Part shown: in pieces, positions 1-10,665 of the stretch | Position numbering within the stretch: position 1 is the first letter of the stretch | How the letters are laid out: every line of letters begins with the position of its first letter | Assembly (NCBI GenBank): GCA_963815115.1 | Contig: CAWFFN010000005.1 | Span: 1,184,001-1,248,000 of the forward strand | Origin: an uncultured delta proteobacterium | GTDB taxonomy: Bacteria > Desulfobacterota > Binatia > DP-6 | Direction of reading: 5' to 3' | Length of the DNA: 64,000 nt | Notes under the pieces: model-generated | What the model was told of the DNA's origin: nothing | The model's input: the letters and a program-made list of their open reading frames with translations, nothing else | Database searches by the model: none | Position numbers and translations under genes: made by a program

Positions 1-54
1 GATCGCCTCGAGAAGACGCTCAAGGCCAAAGAAGACGAGATCATGGCGGTGTGA
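1..54 (+). CDS. frr: ribosome recycling factor, 3' end (partial)
   Basis: Reads DRLEKTLKAKEDEIMAV*, typical RRF C-terminus; stop overlaps the uppS ATG (TGATG); frr-uppS-cdsA synteny. Confidence 0.85.
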   Translation, partial: DRLEKTLKAKEDEIMAV

Positions 55-806
55 TGATCGAGCTCGATCAGAGCCGGCTGCCACACCACGTGGCGGTCAT
101 CATGGACGGCAACGGTCGCTGGGCGGAGCAGCGCGGCCTGTCGCGCATCTACGGCCACCGCGTCGGCAAGGAGTCGGTGCGCGCGATCGTCGAGTCGAGC
201 CGCAAGCTCGGCATCAAGTACCTCTCGCTCTTCGCCTTCTCGAGCGAGAACTGGAACCGCCCGCCGCGCGAGGTGGACGGCCTGATGACGCTGCTCCGCA
301 AGTACCTCGCGAGCGAGCTCGGCAAGATGATGCGGCACCAGATCCGCCTCCTCGCGGTCGGCAGCCTGCGGCGGCTTCCGCCCGCGGTCCGGCAGGCGTT
401 GCGGGCGAGCATCGCGGCGACGCGCAAGAACAAGGGCATGACCGTGATCCTGGCGGTGAGCTACGGCGGCCGCGAGGACATCGCGCAGGCCGCACGCGCG
501 ATCGCCCGGCGCGTCGAGCGCGGCGAGCTCGCATCCGACCGGATCACCGCGGGCACCGTCTCGGAGCACCTCGGGACGAAGGGAGTGCCGGACCCGGACC
601 TGCTCATCCGGACCAGCGGCGAGATGCGCATCAGCAACTTCTTCCTCTGGCAGCTCGCGTACACCGAGATGTACGTCACCGAGACGCTCTGGCCCGACTT
701 CCGCGAGCGGGAGTACGTCCAGGCCCTGGCGTTCTTCCAGCAGCGGCAGCGACGATTCGGGCGCACCTCGTCGCAGATCGACCGCGAGCGGCTGCGCGCA
801 GTGTAG
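54..806 (+). CDS. uppS: undecaprenyl diphosphate synthase
   Basis: HVAVIMDGNGRWA, FSSENWNRP, PDLLIRTSGEMRISNFFLWQ motifs. Confidence 0.97.
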   Translation: MIELDQSRLPHHVAVIMDGNGRWAEQRGLSRIYGHRVGKESVRAIVESSRKLGIKYLSLFAFSSENWNRPPREVDGLMTLLRKYLASELGKMMRHQIRLLAVGSLRRLPPAVRQALRASIAATRKNKGMTVILAVSYGGREDIAQAARAIARRVERGELASDRITAGTVSEHLGTKGVPDPDLLIRTSGEMRISNFFLWQLAYTEMYVTETLWPDFREREYVQALAFFQQRQRRFGRTSSQIDRERLRAV

Positions 807-812
807 GGCGCC

Positions 813-1616
813 CTGCTTCGCACGCGACTCGTCACGGCTGCCATCGCGCTGCCCGCGCTCTGGCTGATCATCGAGTATCTCTGGGCGCCGCTGTTCGTCG
901 CCTTCATCTTGACGGTGGCCGCGATCGGCCTGCACGAGTACGGCGGCATGGCCTTCCCGCAGGATCGCCCGGCGCGCGGGGCGCTCCTGATCTTCGGGCT
1001 CCTGGTCGCGGCGAGCGTGATCGCGGGCATGATCCCGTGGACGGGGGCCGCCCTGTCGTTCGCGGTGATCGGCGGCCTGGTGCTCGCGCTCCTGCGCAAC
1101 GGCGACCTGTCGCTCGCCGTCGGGCGGCTCGGCCTGCTGCTGCTCGGCGTCCTCTACGTCGGCTTCGTCATCCCGCACGTGGCGCTGCTGCGCCAGCAGC
1201 CGGAGGGCTGGCGGTGGGTCCTGTTCACGGTCTACACCGCGATGGGATCGGATTCGGGAGGCTACTTCGCGGGGCGCGCCTACGGGCGCCACAAGCTCAT
1301 GCCCGCCGTGAGCCCGAGCAAGACCGTGGAGGGCTCGGTGGGCGCGCTCGCCGGCGCCGTGCTCATCGGGGCGATCTGCCGGCTGGTCTTCTTCCGCGAG
1401 CTTCCGGTCGCGCAGACCCTCGGGCTGGCGCTCGCGATCGGCATGCTGGCCCAGCTCGGCGACCTCTGCGAGTCGGCCCTCAAGCGAGCCTTCGGCGCCA
1501 AGGACTCGGGCTGGATTATCCCCGGCCACGGTGGCATCCTCGACCGCCTCGACAGCCTGCTGTTCCCGTTCGTCTTCGCGTACTACTACTACGCAGTCGC
1601 CACACGGGCCTGGTAG
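813..1616 (+). CDS. cdsA: phosphatidate cytidylyltransferase
   Basis: SPSKTVEG, GDLCESALKR, KDSGWIIPGHGGILDRLDS motifs; frame extends upstream to CTG at 813 (LRTRLVTAAIAL). Confidence 0.93.
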   Translation: MLRTRLVTAAIALPALWLIIEYLWAPLFVAFILTVAAIGLHEYGGMAFPQDRPARGALLIFGLLVAASVIAGMIPWTGAALSFAVIGGLVLALLRNGDLSLAVGRLGLLLLGVLYVGFVIPHVALLRQQPEGWRWVLFTVYTAMGSDSGGYFAGRAYGRHKLMPAVSPSKTVEGSVGALAGAVLIGAICRLVFFRELPVAQTLGLALAIGMLAQLGDLCESALKRAFGAKDSGWIIPGHGGILDRLDSLLFPFVFAYYYYAVATRAW

Positions 1617-1630
1617 GAAGGAGACACCGC

Positions 1631-2713
1631 ATGGCCCTCCCCGCACCCGTCGTCACCATCGTCGCCTTTCTCGTGGCGCTCGGCCTCCTGGTCTTCGTCC
1701 ACGAGTTCGGGCACTTCGCGGTCGCGAAGCGCATTGGTGTCAAGGTGCTGCGGTTTTCGATCGGCTTCGGGCCCGTCGTGTTCTCGCGCCGCCGCAACGA
1801 GACCGAGTACGCGGTGTCGGCCATGCCGCTCGGCGGCTACGTCAAGATGCTGGGTGAGGACGACGAGGACGAGGCGGTGACCGAGCCCGAGCGCGCCTTC
1901 TCGACGCAGACGCCGCTGCGCCGGACTGCGATCGTGTTCGCCGGCCCGGCCATGAACTTCGTCTTCGCGTTTCTGGTCTACGCCCTTCTCTTCGTCGCCG
2001 TGGGCGCCGAGGTGGCGTCGAACGAGCCGCGCGTCGGCGGCGTCGCCGCCGGCTCGCCGGCGGAGCAGGCCGGGCTCAAGACCGGCGACAAGGTCGTGGC
2101 CGTCGACGGGCGCCCCACGACGACCTGGGAAGCGCTCGCGCAGACGGTGCGCGACTCGAAGGGGGCCCCGCTGGGGCTCAGCATCGAGCGCGACGGCCAG
2201 CAGCTCGCGGTCACGGTGACACCGAAGCTGCGCGACAATCGATCGATGTTCGGCGAGGACCGCGGCCAGGTCTACCTGATCGGTATCGAGGCCTCGCACG
2301 ACTGGCAGCGCGTCGGGCCGCTGCACGCGCTCGGCATGGCGGCCCAGCAGACGGCGAACGCCACCTACGTGGTGGCGGCGGGCCTCGTGCTCATGGTCCA
2401 GGGTCGGGTCCCGCTGCGTGAGCTCGGGGGCCCGATCGCGATCGCGCGCGCCGCCGGCGAGCAGGCGCGCGCCGGGACGCGCTACTATCTCAGCATGCTC
2501 GCCTTCCTCTCGATCAACCTCGGGGTGCTGAACCTCCTGCCGATCCCCGCCCTCGACGGCGGTCATCTCGCCCTCTTCGGGATCGAGGCCGCGCTCGGGC
2601 GGCCGATCCGGCAGCGGCATCGCGAGCTCGCGCAGCAGGTCGGGTTGCTCCTGCTGCTCAGCCTGATGGTGTTCGTGTTCTACAACGACATCCACCGTCT
2701 CGTGCAGGGCTGA
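1631..2713 (+). CDS. rseP: RIP metalloprotease RseP
   Basis: HEFGH zinc motif, PDZ domain, NLLPIPALDGG; AGGAG upstream. Confidence 0.95.
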   Translation: MALPAPVVTIVAFLVALGLLVFVHEFGHFAVAKRIGVKVLRFSIGFGPVVFSRRRNETEYAVSAMPLGGYVKMLGEDDEDEAVTEPERAFSTQTPLRRTAIVFAGPAMNFVFAFLVYALLFVAVGAEVASNEPRVGGVAAGSPAEQAGLKTGDKVVAVDGRPTTTWEALAQTVRDSKGAPLGLSIERDGQQLAVTVTPKLRDNRSMFGEDRGQVYLIGIEASHDWQRVGPLHALGMAAQQTANATYVVAAGLVLMVQGRVPLRELGGPIAIARAAGEQARAGTRYYLSMLAFLSINLGVLNLLPIPALDGGHLALFGIEAALGRPIRQRHRELAQQVGLLLLLSLMVFVFYNDIHRLVQG

Positions 2714-2717
2714 GCTC

Positions 2718-3416
2718 CTGATCGTTCTCGGGCTCGACACGGCGACCTGGACCGCGACCGCGGGGGTGGCACGGGACGCAATCGTCCTCGCGGAGGACTC
2801 GGAGACGGCCTCGCGGTCGCACGTGGGTTCGCTGCCGGCGCTCGTGGCGCGCGTCCTGGCGCACGCCGGGCTCGCCATGGACGACCTCGAGGGGCTGGCG
2901 GTCTCGATCGGGCCCGGCTCGTTCACCGGGTTGCGCATCGGGCTCGGCTTCGCGAAGGGCCTGGCGTTCGCGGGTGGGCTTCCCGTGGCGGCCGTTCCCA
3001 CGCTCGAAGCGCTGGCCGAGGCCGCGGAATGCGCCCCGGGCGAGACGGTCTGCGCCGCGCTCGACGCTCGCAAGCGTGAGGTGTACGCAGCGCTCTTCCG
3101 GGTCGGCGAGACGGGCCGTGTCGAGCGGATGACCGCGGACCTCGCGCTCGCGGCCGATGCGCTGGCAGCCCGGCTGCCGGCGGGCACCGTGCTGGTCGGG
3201 GATGCCGTCGAGGCCTATCCGGAAGCGTTCGGGTCCGGGGCCGTGCGTCGTCCCTTCGCGACGGTCCATCCGCGCGGCGGCGTCGTCGCCCGGCTGGGGG
3301 CCGGCCTTCTGGCAGCGGGGGCGGCCGTCGCGCTCGGCCCGCTCGAGCCCGTCTACGTACGAGCGCCGGAGGCCGAGCTGGCGCGGGCGTCCGCGGCGGC
3401 CCCGGCCGCGCGTTGA
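2718..3416 (+). CDS. tsaB: tRNA threonylcarbamoyladenosine biosynthesis protein TsaB
   Basis: GPGSFTGLRIG, LDARKREVY, LEPVYVR; N-terminal IVLGLDTAT in frame from CTG at 2718. Confidence 0.93.
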   Translation: MIVLGLDTATWTATAGVARDAIVLAEDSETASRSHVGSLPALVARVLAHAGLAMDDLEGLAVSIGPGSFTGLRIGLGFAKGLAFAGGLPVAAVPTLEALAEAAECAPGETVCAALDARKREVYAALFRVGETGRVERMTADLALAADALAARLPAGTVLVGDAVEAYPEAFGSGAVRRPFATVHPRGGVVARLGAGLLAAGAAVALGPLEPVYVRAPEAELARASAAAPAAR

Positions 3417-3442
3417 CAATCCATTTTCCGGCGTATTACCGT
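3413..3442 (+). promoter_or_regulatory. putative sigma70 promoter for DUF465-ilvN-ilvC
   Basis: TTGACA (3413-3418), 18 nt, TACCGT; AT-rich patch in high-GC context. Confidence 0.5.
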
Positions 3443-3472
3443 CGCGAAGCGGCGTTCTGGCGGAGGTTTCGA

Positions 3473-3697
3473 ATGGAGAGAAAGGACGAGGAGCTGATCG
3501 CCTCGCTGCTCGAGCGCGAGCCGGAGCTGCGGCGTTACTACGACGAGCACAACGATCTCAAGAAGCAGCTCGAGACGCTCCAGCAGAAGCACTACCTCAC
3601 CCCCGAGGAAGAGGTGGAGAAGAAGCGCCTGCAGAAGCTGAAGCTCGCGGGCAAGGACAAGATCATGGAGATACTCGCGCGCCACCGCACGCACTAG
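3473..3697 (+). CDS. YdcH/DUF465 family small coiled-coil protein
   Basis: EHNDLKKQL...LTPEEEVEKKRLQKLKLAGKDKIMEIL; GGAGG SD. Confidence 0.85.
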   Translation: MERKDEELIASLLEREPELRRYYDEHNDLKKQLETLQQKHYLTPEEEVEKKRLQKLKLAGKDKIMEILARHRTH

Positions 3698-3705
3698 GGG
3701 GCCGC

Positions 3706-4223
3706 ATGCGTCACACCATCTCCATCCTGGTCGAGAACGAGTTCGGGGTCCTCGCCCGCGTGGCCGGGCTCTTCAGCGGCCGCGGCTTCAACATCGAGAG
3801 CCTCTCGGTGGCGGAGACGATGGACCCGACCGTGTCGCGCATCACGCTGGTCACGCGCGGCGAGGACCAGGTGCTCGAGCAGATCGAGAAGCAGCTCAAC
3901 AAGCTCATCAGCGTCATCCGGGTCATCGACTTCACCGACACGGCCCACGTGGAGCGCGAGCTCGTCCTCCTCAAGGTGGGGATCGATGAGCGTTCGCGCG
4001 GCGAGGTCGTCAACATCGTCGACGTCTTCCGCGGGAAGATCATCGACGTGTCGCGCCGCTCCTACGTGATCGAGGTGACCGGCACCGAGGACAAGATCGA
4101 CGCCCTGATCGAGCTCTTGAAGCCGATCGGGATCAAGGAGATCGTACGCACCGGCAAGGTGGCGATGTTCCGCGGCACGCGGCTCCTCACCGTGGACGGG
4201 AAGGACAAGGAGCGAGCCGCATC

Positions 4224-4227
<4 letters not shown>
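3706..4227 (+). CDS. ilvN: acetolactate synthase small subunit
   Basis: [48 protein letters not shown]. Confidence 0.96.
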
Positions 4228-5240
<1,013 letters not shown>

Positions 5241-5250
5241 GAGAAGGATC

Positions 5251-5913
5251 ACGAGCCTGATCCCGATCGCCCGCGAGGGCTGGCCGGTGATCGGCATGGC
5301 CGCCGGCGTCCTCGGTGTGGTCGCCGCCGTCGGCGTCGCGGCGGGGCACCCGGTGGCAGTGGTGCCGCTGCTGGTCGGCGTCGCCTTCTGCGTCTACTTC
5401 TTCCGCGATCCGGAGCGTGAGCCCCCGCCGGACGACCGTCTCGTCGTGTCGCCTGCCGACGGCCGCGTGCTCGAGGTACGCGCGGAGCGGGAAGAGCAGT
5501 TCCTGCACGGCCCGGCGACGCGCGTGAGCATCTTCATGTCGCCGCTCGACGTGCACGTGAACCGCAGCCCGGTTGCGGGTACCATCGAGCTGGTGCGTCA
5601 CACCGCCGGCCGCTTCCGCGCCGCCTTCGCCGACAAGGCGTCGCTCGACAACGAGCGCAACGCCGTCCTCCTGACGACCCGGGGCGGTCGCTTCCTCGTC
5701 GTGCAGATCGCCGGGGCGATGGCCCGGCGCATCGTCTGTCACCGGCAGGTGGGCGACCACCTGGCGCGCGGCGAGCGTTTCGGGATGATCATGTTCGGGT
5801 CGCGGGTGGACCTCTTCCTGCCGCCGGGCGTGCGGCCCGCGGTGTCCCGGGGTGATCGCGTGCGGGCCGGCCACACGGTGGTCGCCGAGCTGCCGCCCGG
5901 AGCGTCCGGATGA
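5251..5913 (+). CDS. psd: phosphatidylserine decarboxylase (start uncertain)
   Basis: FFRDPER, SPADG, IFMSPLDVHVNR, FGSRVD self-cleavage motif; conserved PIAREGWP lies upstream of the tracked start. Confidence 0.92.
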   Translation, partial: TSLIPIAREGWPVIGMAAGVLGVVAAVGVAAGHPVAVVPLLVGVAFCVYFFRDPEREPPPDDRLVVSPADGRVLEVRAEREEQFLHGPATRVSIFMSPLDVHVNRSPVAGTIELVRHTAGRFRAAFADKASLDNERNAVLLTTRGGRFLVVQIAGAMARRIVCHRQVGDHLARGERFGMIMFGSRVDLFLPPGVRPAVSRGDRVRAGHTVVAELPPGASG

Positions 5914-6752
5914 GGCGCATCGGCGTCGCCGCCGATCCGGCGCGTCGCCCGAGGCGGCGCATTCCTCCGCTGCGCAAGGGCGTCTACATCCTGCCGAATC
6001 TCTTCACCTCGGCCGGGCTGTTCGCGGGCTTCTACTCGATCATCGCGACGCTGAACCACGACTACCGCCTGGCCGCGATCATGATCCTCGTGTCGCAGCT
6101 CTGCGACGTGCTCGACGGCCGCATCGCGCGCCTGACGAGATCCGCGAGCGAGTTCGGTGTGCAGTACGACTCGCTCGCCGACCTGATCGCGTTCGGCGTC
6201 GCGCCCGGCATCCTCGTCTACACCTGGGCGCTGCGGCCGTGGGGTCGCTGGGGGTGGCTCGCGGCCACGCTCTACGTCACCTGCGGCGCGCTCCGTCTGG
6301 CGCGGTTCAACGTGCAGTACGGCTCGGTCGAGCGACGCCACTTCCTCGGGCTGCCGATCCCGGCCGCGGCGGACGTCATCGCGGCGACCGTGCTGCTGTA
6401 CTACTACCTGAACGGGCAGGGCGACCCGAACAAGCACGTCCTCATGCTGCTGGTGATCTACGCGGTCGCGGCGCTCATGGTGAGCGAGTTCCGCTACTTC
6501 TCGTTCAAGGAGTTCCGGCTGCACCATCGCCACCCGTTCCCGGTGCTCCTCGCGCTCATCTTCCTCATCATGCTCACCATCGGCGCGCCCGAGGTCATGC
6601 TCTTCCTGGGCATCACGGGCTACGCCCTTTCCGCGCCGGTGACGGCGCTCTGGCGGCTCGCGCGCCGGCGGCGGCGCCCGCTTCCCGCGGCCGCGTCTGC
6701 GGACGCGTCGCCGGGAGCCGTCGTGCTTGACAAGCCAGGTGCCCGCGGATAA
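5910..6752 (+). CDS. pssA: CDP-diacylglycerol--serine O-phosphatidyltransferase
   Basis: LPNLFT, DVLDGRIAR, DSLADLIAFGVAP, LRLARFN, FLGLPIP. Confidence 0.95.
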   Translation: MRRIGVAADPARRPRRRIPPLRKGVYILPNLFTSAGLFAGFYSIIATLNHDYRLAAIMILVSQLCDVLDGRIARLTRSASEFGVQYDSLADLIAFGVAPGILVYTWALRPWGRWGWLAATLYVTCGALRLARFNVQYGSVERRHFLGLPIPAAADVIAATVLLYYYLNGQGDPNKHVLMLLVIYAVAALMVSEFRYFSFKEFRLHHRHPFPVLLALIFLIMLTIGAPEVMLFLGITGYALSAPVTALWRLARRRRRPLPAAASADASPGAVVLDKPGARG

Positions 6753-6755
6753 GCC
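6727..6755 (+). promoter_or_regulatory. putative sigma70 promoter of leu leader
   Basis: TTGACA-17 nt-TAAGCC, 10 nt before the leader ATG. Confidence 0.55.
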
Positions 6756-6764
6756 CCGAGATCG

Positions 6765-6848
6765 ATGACGGAAACGGCCCGACTCCTCGGAGCGCTTCTC
6801 GGCGGCCTCCTGCTTACCAGCCCGCCCGGGGCGCGCGCGAGGGTGTAG
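6765..6848 (+). CDS. leucine attenuator leader peptide (27 aa)
   Basis: MTETARLLGALLGGLLLTSPPGARARV*, 7 Leu codons, upstream of leuA. Confidence 0.8.
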   Translation: MTETARLLGALLGGLLLTSPPGARARV

Positions 6849-6870
6849 GGCAAGCAACACCTACCAGCGC

Positions 6871-6913
6871 AAGGCCACGGGCGGATCGAGTCGCTCGTGG
6901 CTTTCGTGTTTCT
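6871..6913 (+). terminator. attenuator terminator hairpin
   Basis: AAGGCCACGGGCG-loop-CGCTCGTGGCTTT followed by CGTGTTTCT. Confidence 0.75.
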
Positions 6914-6968
6914 GGGGTCAGACGGAAGCCGGGAGCGGCGAATCCCCGTGGCGGAAGGGAGAGCCACG

Positions 6969-8516
6969 ATGGACCGGGTACGAATCTTCGACACCACGCT
7001 GCGCGACGGGGAGCAGTCCCCTGGCGCCACGATGAACATCGAGGAGAAGCTGGTGATCGCTCGCCAGCTCGAACGCCTCGGCGTCGACGTCATCGAGGCC
7101 GGGTTCGCAGCATCGTCGGAAGGCGACTTCGAGGCGGTGCAGCGGGTGGCGGCCGCCGTGTCGAAGCCGGTCGTCCTCTCGCTGGCGCGTACGCGCGAGC
7201 AGGACGTCGACCGCGCGATCGCCGCGGTGGAGCGTGGGCAACGGCCGGGCATCCACATCTTCATCGCCACGTCCGACATCCACCTGAAGCACAAGCTCAT
7301 GATGAGCCGGCGCGACGTCGTGGACGCCGCCGTGTGGGCCGTCACCCGGGCGAAGAAGCACCTCGACTACATCGAGTTCTCCGCCGAGGACGCCTCGCGC
7401 AGCGATCCCGAGTACCTCGTGGAGGTCTTCACGGCCGTGATCGAGGCGGGCGCCCGGGTGATCAACGTACCCGACACCACCGGCTACATCATGCCCGAGG
7501 AGTACGGCTCGCTCTTCCGCATGCTGCGGGAGCGCGTGCCCGGCGCGGACCGCGTGATCTGGAGCGCGCACTGCCACAACGATCTCGGCATGGCCACCGC
7601 CAACTCGCTGGCAGCGGTCGAGAACGGGGCGCGCCAGATCGAGTGCACGGTGAACGGCATCGGCGAGCGCGCCGGCAACACCGCCATGGAAGAGGTGGTG
7701 ATGGCCATCAAGACGCGTGGCGAGCGCTTCGGCGTCGACACCGGGGTCGTCACCGAGGAGATCTTCGCCACCAGCCGCCTGGTCACGCAGATCACCGGCC
7801 TCGCGGTGCAGGTGAACAAGGCCATCGTGGGCGAGAACGCGTTCGCCCACGAGGCCGGGATCCACCAGGACGGCGTGCTCAAGTACCGCCAGAACTACGA
7901 GATCATGAGCCCCGAGAGCATCGGCCTGGCGTCGAATCGCCTGGTGCTGGGCAAGCACTCCGGCCGTCATGCGCTCGTGGCGCGCATTCGCGAGCTGGGG
8001 CTCGACACCACCGACGTCGACATGAACCGGCTGTTCGAATCCTTCAAGGCGCTCGCCGATGCCAAGAAGACGGTCTACGACGAGGATCTGATCGCGCTGG
8101 TGGCGCAGGAATCCGTCCGGGGTGCGCAGGTGCGCGATCGCTACGAGCTGGTCTATCTCAACGTGACCTCGTCGAGCGTGGACGTCCCCTTCGCCACGGT
8201 GAAGCTTCGCATCGACGGCGAGGAGGTCGGGGGGACGGGGACGGGCGACGGCATGGTGGATGCCTGCTACAAGGTGATCAGCGAGCTCACCGGGCAGCAT
8301 CCCCGGCTCGATCGCTACGCCGTCAAGGCGATCACCGGCGGGACGGACGCGCAGGGCGAGGTGAGCTGCCTGGTCAGCGCGCACGGGGTCACCGTCACGG
8401 GGCAGGGAAGCCACACCGACATCATCCAGGCGAGTGCGCTCGCGTACGTGAACGCCCTCAACAAGCTGGAGACGCGCCGGGCGTGCGGCCAGACGCCGCC
8501 CGAGGTCGGCCCGTGA
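6969..8516 (+). CDS. leuA: 2-isopropylmalate synthase
   Basis: IFDTTLRDGEQSPG, HCHNDLG, NGIGERAGN, AHEAGIHQDG, LGKHSGR. Confidence 0.97.
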   Translation: MDRVRIFDTTLRDGEQSPGATMNIEEKLVIARQLERLGVDVIEAGFAASSEGDFEAVQRVAAAVSKPVVLSLARTREQDVDRAIAAVERGQRPGIHIFIATSDIHLKHKLMMSRRDVVDAAVWAVTRAKKHLDYIEFSAEDASRSDPEYLVEVFTAVIEAGARVINVPDTTGYIMPEEYGSLFRMLRERVPGADRVIWSAHCHNDLGMATANSLAAVENGARQIECTVNGIGERAGNTAMEEVVMAIKTRGERFGVDTGVVTEEIFATSRLVTQITGLAVQVNKAIVGENAFAHEAGIHQDGVLKYRQNYEIMSPESIGLASNRLVLGKHSGRHALVARIRELGLDTTDVDMNRLFESFKALADAKKTVYDEDLIALVAQESVRGAQVRDRYELVYLNVTSSSVDVPFATVKLRIDGEEVGGTGTGDGMVDACYKVISELTGQHPRLDRYAVKAITGGTDAQGEVSCLVSAHGVTVTGQGSHTDIIQASALAYVNALNKLETRRACGQTPPEVGP

Positions 8517-9613
8517 GGCAGGAGGCGACGGTCGCTCTCTTCGCGGGCGACGGCATCGGGCCCGAGGTGACGGCCGAGGCGGTCGCCGTCCTCGAGTCGG
8601 TGGTGCCGCGGCACGGCGTGCGGCTCACCTTCAGCTCGGGAACCATCGGAGGCGCTGCCATCGACGCCACCGGCATCCCCCTGCCGCCCGCGGAGCTCGC
8701 CCGCGCGCGGTCGGCCGATGCCGTGCTGCTCGGCGCCGTCGGCGGCCCCAGGTGGGACGACCCGAAGGCGAGCGTGCGGCCCGAGCAAGCACTCCTCGGG
8801 CTGCGCAAGGGGCTCGGGGTCTACGCCAACCTGCGCCCGGTCTGGACGGTGCCGGCGCTGATCGGCTCGTCGACCCTGCGCCCGGAGGTGCTCCAGAACG
8901 TCGATCTCGTCGTCGTCCGCGAGCTCACCGGGGGCATCTACTTCGGCCAGCCGAGCGAACGCCGGGGCCGCTCCCCCGAGCGCAGCGCCGTCGACACGCT
9001 CGTCTACACCGAGGAGGAGATCGTGCGGCTGCTGCACGCGGCCTTCGCGCTCGCCCGCCAGCGCCGCCGCAAGCTCACCTCGGTCGACAAGGCGAACATC
9101 CTCGCCTCGTCACGGCTGTGGCGCGAGATCGCGCACGAGGTGGCACGCGAGTACCCCGACGTGAGCCACGAGGACGTCCTCGTCGACGCGATGGCGATGT
9201 ATCTCGTCCGCCGCCCCGGCGACTTCGACGTGATCGCCACCGAGAACCTCTTCGGCGACATCCTGACCGACGAGGCGGCGATGCTGGCGGGCTCCATGGG
9301 GATGCTGCCGTCGGCGTCGCTGGCGGGTGCGCCCGTGCCCGGCCGCCCGTGCCAGGGTCTCTACGAGCCGATCCACGGATCGGCGCCCGACATCGCCGGC
9401 GAGGACAAGGCCAACCCGCTGGCGGCCATTCTCTCCGCGGCCATGCTCTGCCGCTACTCGCTGACGCTCCCGGAAGCGGCGGATGCGATCGAGCGCGCCG
9501 TCGCCGACGTGCTGGCCGCGGGCCACCGCACCGCGGACCTCGTCGCACAGGGCGAGGAGCCCGTCGGCTGCCGGGCGATGGGCCGGCTGGTGCGCGACCG
9601 TCTGGAGGTCTGA
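8513..9613 (+). CDS. leuB: 3-isopropylmalate dehydrogenase
   Basis: GDGIGPEV, VRELTGGIYFG, VDKAN, NLFGDILTDE, EPIHGSAPDIAG. Confidence 0.97.
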   Translation: MRQEATVALFAGDGIGPEVTAEAVAVLESVVPRHGVRLTFSSGTIGGAAIDATGIPLPPAELARARSADAVLLGAVGGPRWDDPKASVRPEQALLGLRKGLGVYANLRPVWTVPALIGSSTLRPEVLQNVDLVVVRELTGGIYFGQPSERRGRSPERSAVDTLVYTEEEIVRLLHAAFALARQRRRKLTSVDKANILASSRLWREIAHEVAREYPDVSHEDVLVDAMAMYLVRRPGDFDVIATENLFGDILTDEAAMLAGSMGMLPSASLAGAPVPGRPCQGLYEPIHGSAPDIAGEDKANPLAAILSAAMLCRYSLTLPEAADAIERAVADVLAAGHRTADLVAQGEEPVGCRAMGRLVRDRLEV

Positions 9614-9623
9614 AGGTGATCTC

Positions 9624-10637
9624 GTGGAGCGGCTGACCGTCGCCGTCGTCGGGCCCTCGGGGCTCGCGGGCCGGGAGATCCTGCGCTTGCTCGGCGAGCG
9701 CGACGAGCCGCCGGGCGAGCTTCGCCTGCTCGGGTCGTTGCGCACCGCCGGGGCCACGATCGAGGAAGGCGACCTGAAGGCTCCCGTCCACCTGCTCGCT
9801 CCGGGCGTGTTCGACGGCATCGACCTGGCACTCTTCTCCGCCGGACCGACGGTGGCCGGCGAATGGGCGCCGGTGGCGGCGCAGGCGGGCGCTCTGGTGG
9901 TCGACCTGAGCAGCCGCTTCCGGCTCGACGAGACGGTGCCGCTGGTCGTGCCGGAGGTCAACCCGGAGGCGCTCGCGAGCGTCCGGGAGCGCGGGATCGT
10001 CGCCAGCCCGAGCAGCACGGTCGTCGGTCTCACGGTGGTGCTCGCGCCGCTCGCCGCGGCGGTGGGTCTCCGGCGGGTCGTCGTCTCCACCTACGCCGGT
10101 GTCGCGAGCGCCGGTCGCTCCGCCGTCGCGGGCCTGTCCCGCGAGACCATCGAGCTGCTGAACGGCCGCGGGCTCAAGCGCACGCGCTTCGCGCGCCGCA
10201 TGGCCTTCAACTGCCTGCCGCAGCTCGGCGACATCGAGCCCGGCGGCGCGACCACGCACGAGCTGCGCGCGGTGGCCGAGACCCGGCGAGTGCTCGATCA
10301 GCCGGGTCTGCCGCTGGACGTCACCGCCGTGCGCGCGCCGATGTTCTTCGGGCTCGGCCTGAGCGTGCACCTCGAGACCGAGGAGGCGCTCTCCCCAGAC
10401 CAGGCCGTCGAGATCCTGCAAACGGCTCGCGGGGTGCTCGTGCACGCCTCCGACGAGGATGCCTATCCGACCCCCGTCGAGGTCACCGGCTCGGACGCCA
10501 CCCACGTCGGTCGCATCCGGGTGGATCAGTCGACCGAGAACGGCCTGGCGCTCTGGATCGCGCTCGACAACGTCGGCAAGGGCGGCTCGCTCAACGCCGT
10601 GCAGATCGCGGAGCTGCTCGCCCGCGATCACCTGTGA
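9624..10637 (+). CDS. aspartate-semialdehyde dehydrogenase-like protein (Usg type, probably non-catalytic)
   Basis: DLSSRFR, PLVVPEVNP, AFNCLPQ, LNAVQIAE; catalytic NPNC reads SPSS and FxGH reads FFGL; directly upstream of truA. Confidence 0.85.
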   Translation: MERLTVAVVGPSGLAGREILRLLGERDEPPGELRLLGSLRTAGATIEEGDLKAPVHLLAPGVFDGIDLALFSAGPTVAGEWAPVAAQAGALVVDLSSRFRLDETVPLVVPEVNPEALASVRERGIVASPSSTVVGLTVVLAPLAAAVGLRRVVVSTYAGVASAGRSAVAGLSRETIELLNGRGLKRTRFARRMAFNCLPQLGDIEPGGATTHELRAVAETRRVLDQPGLPLDVTAVRAPMFFGLGLSVHLETEEALSPDQAVEILQTARGVLVHASDEDAYPTPVEVTGSDATHVGRIRVDQSTENGLALWIALDNVGKGGSLNAVQIAELLARDHL

Positions 10638-10665
10638 CGCTCCTGGCGTCGCCGCGGGGCCGGGC

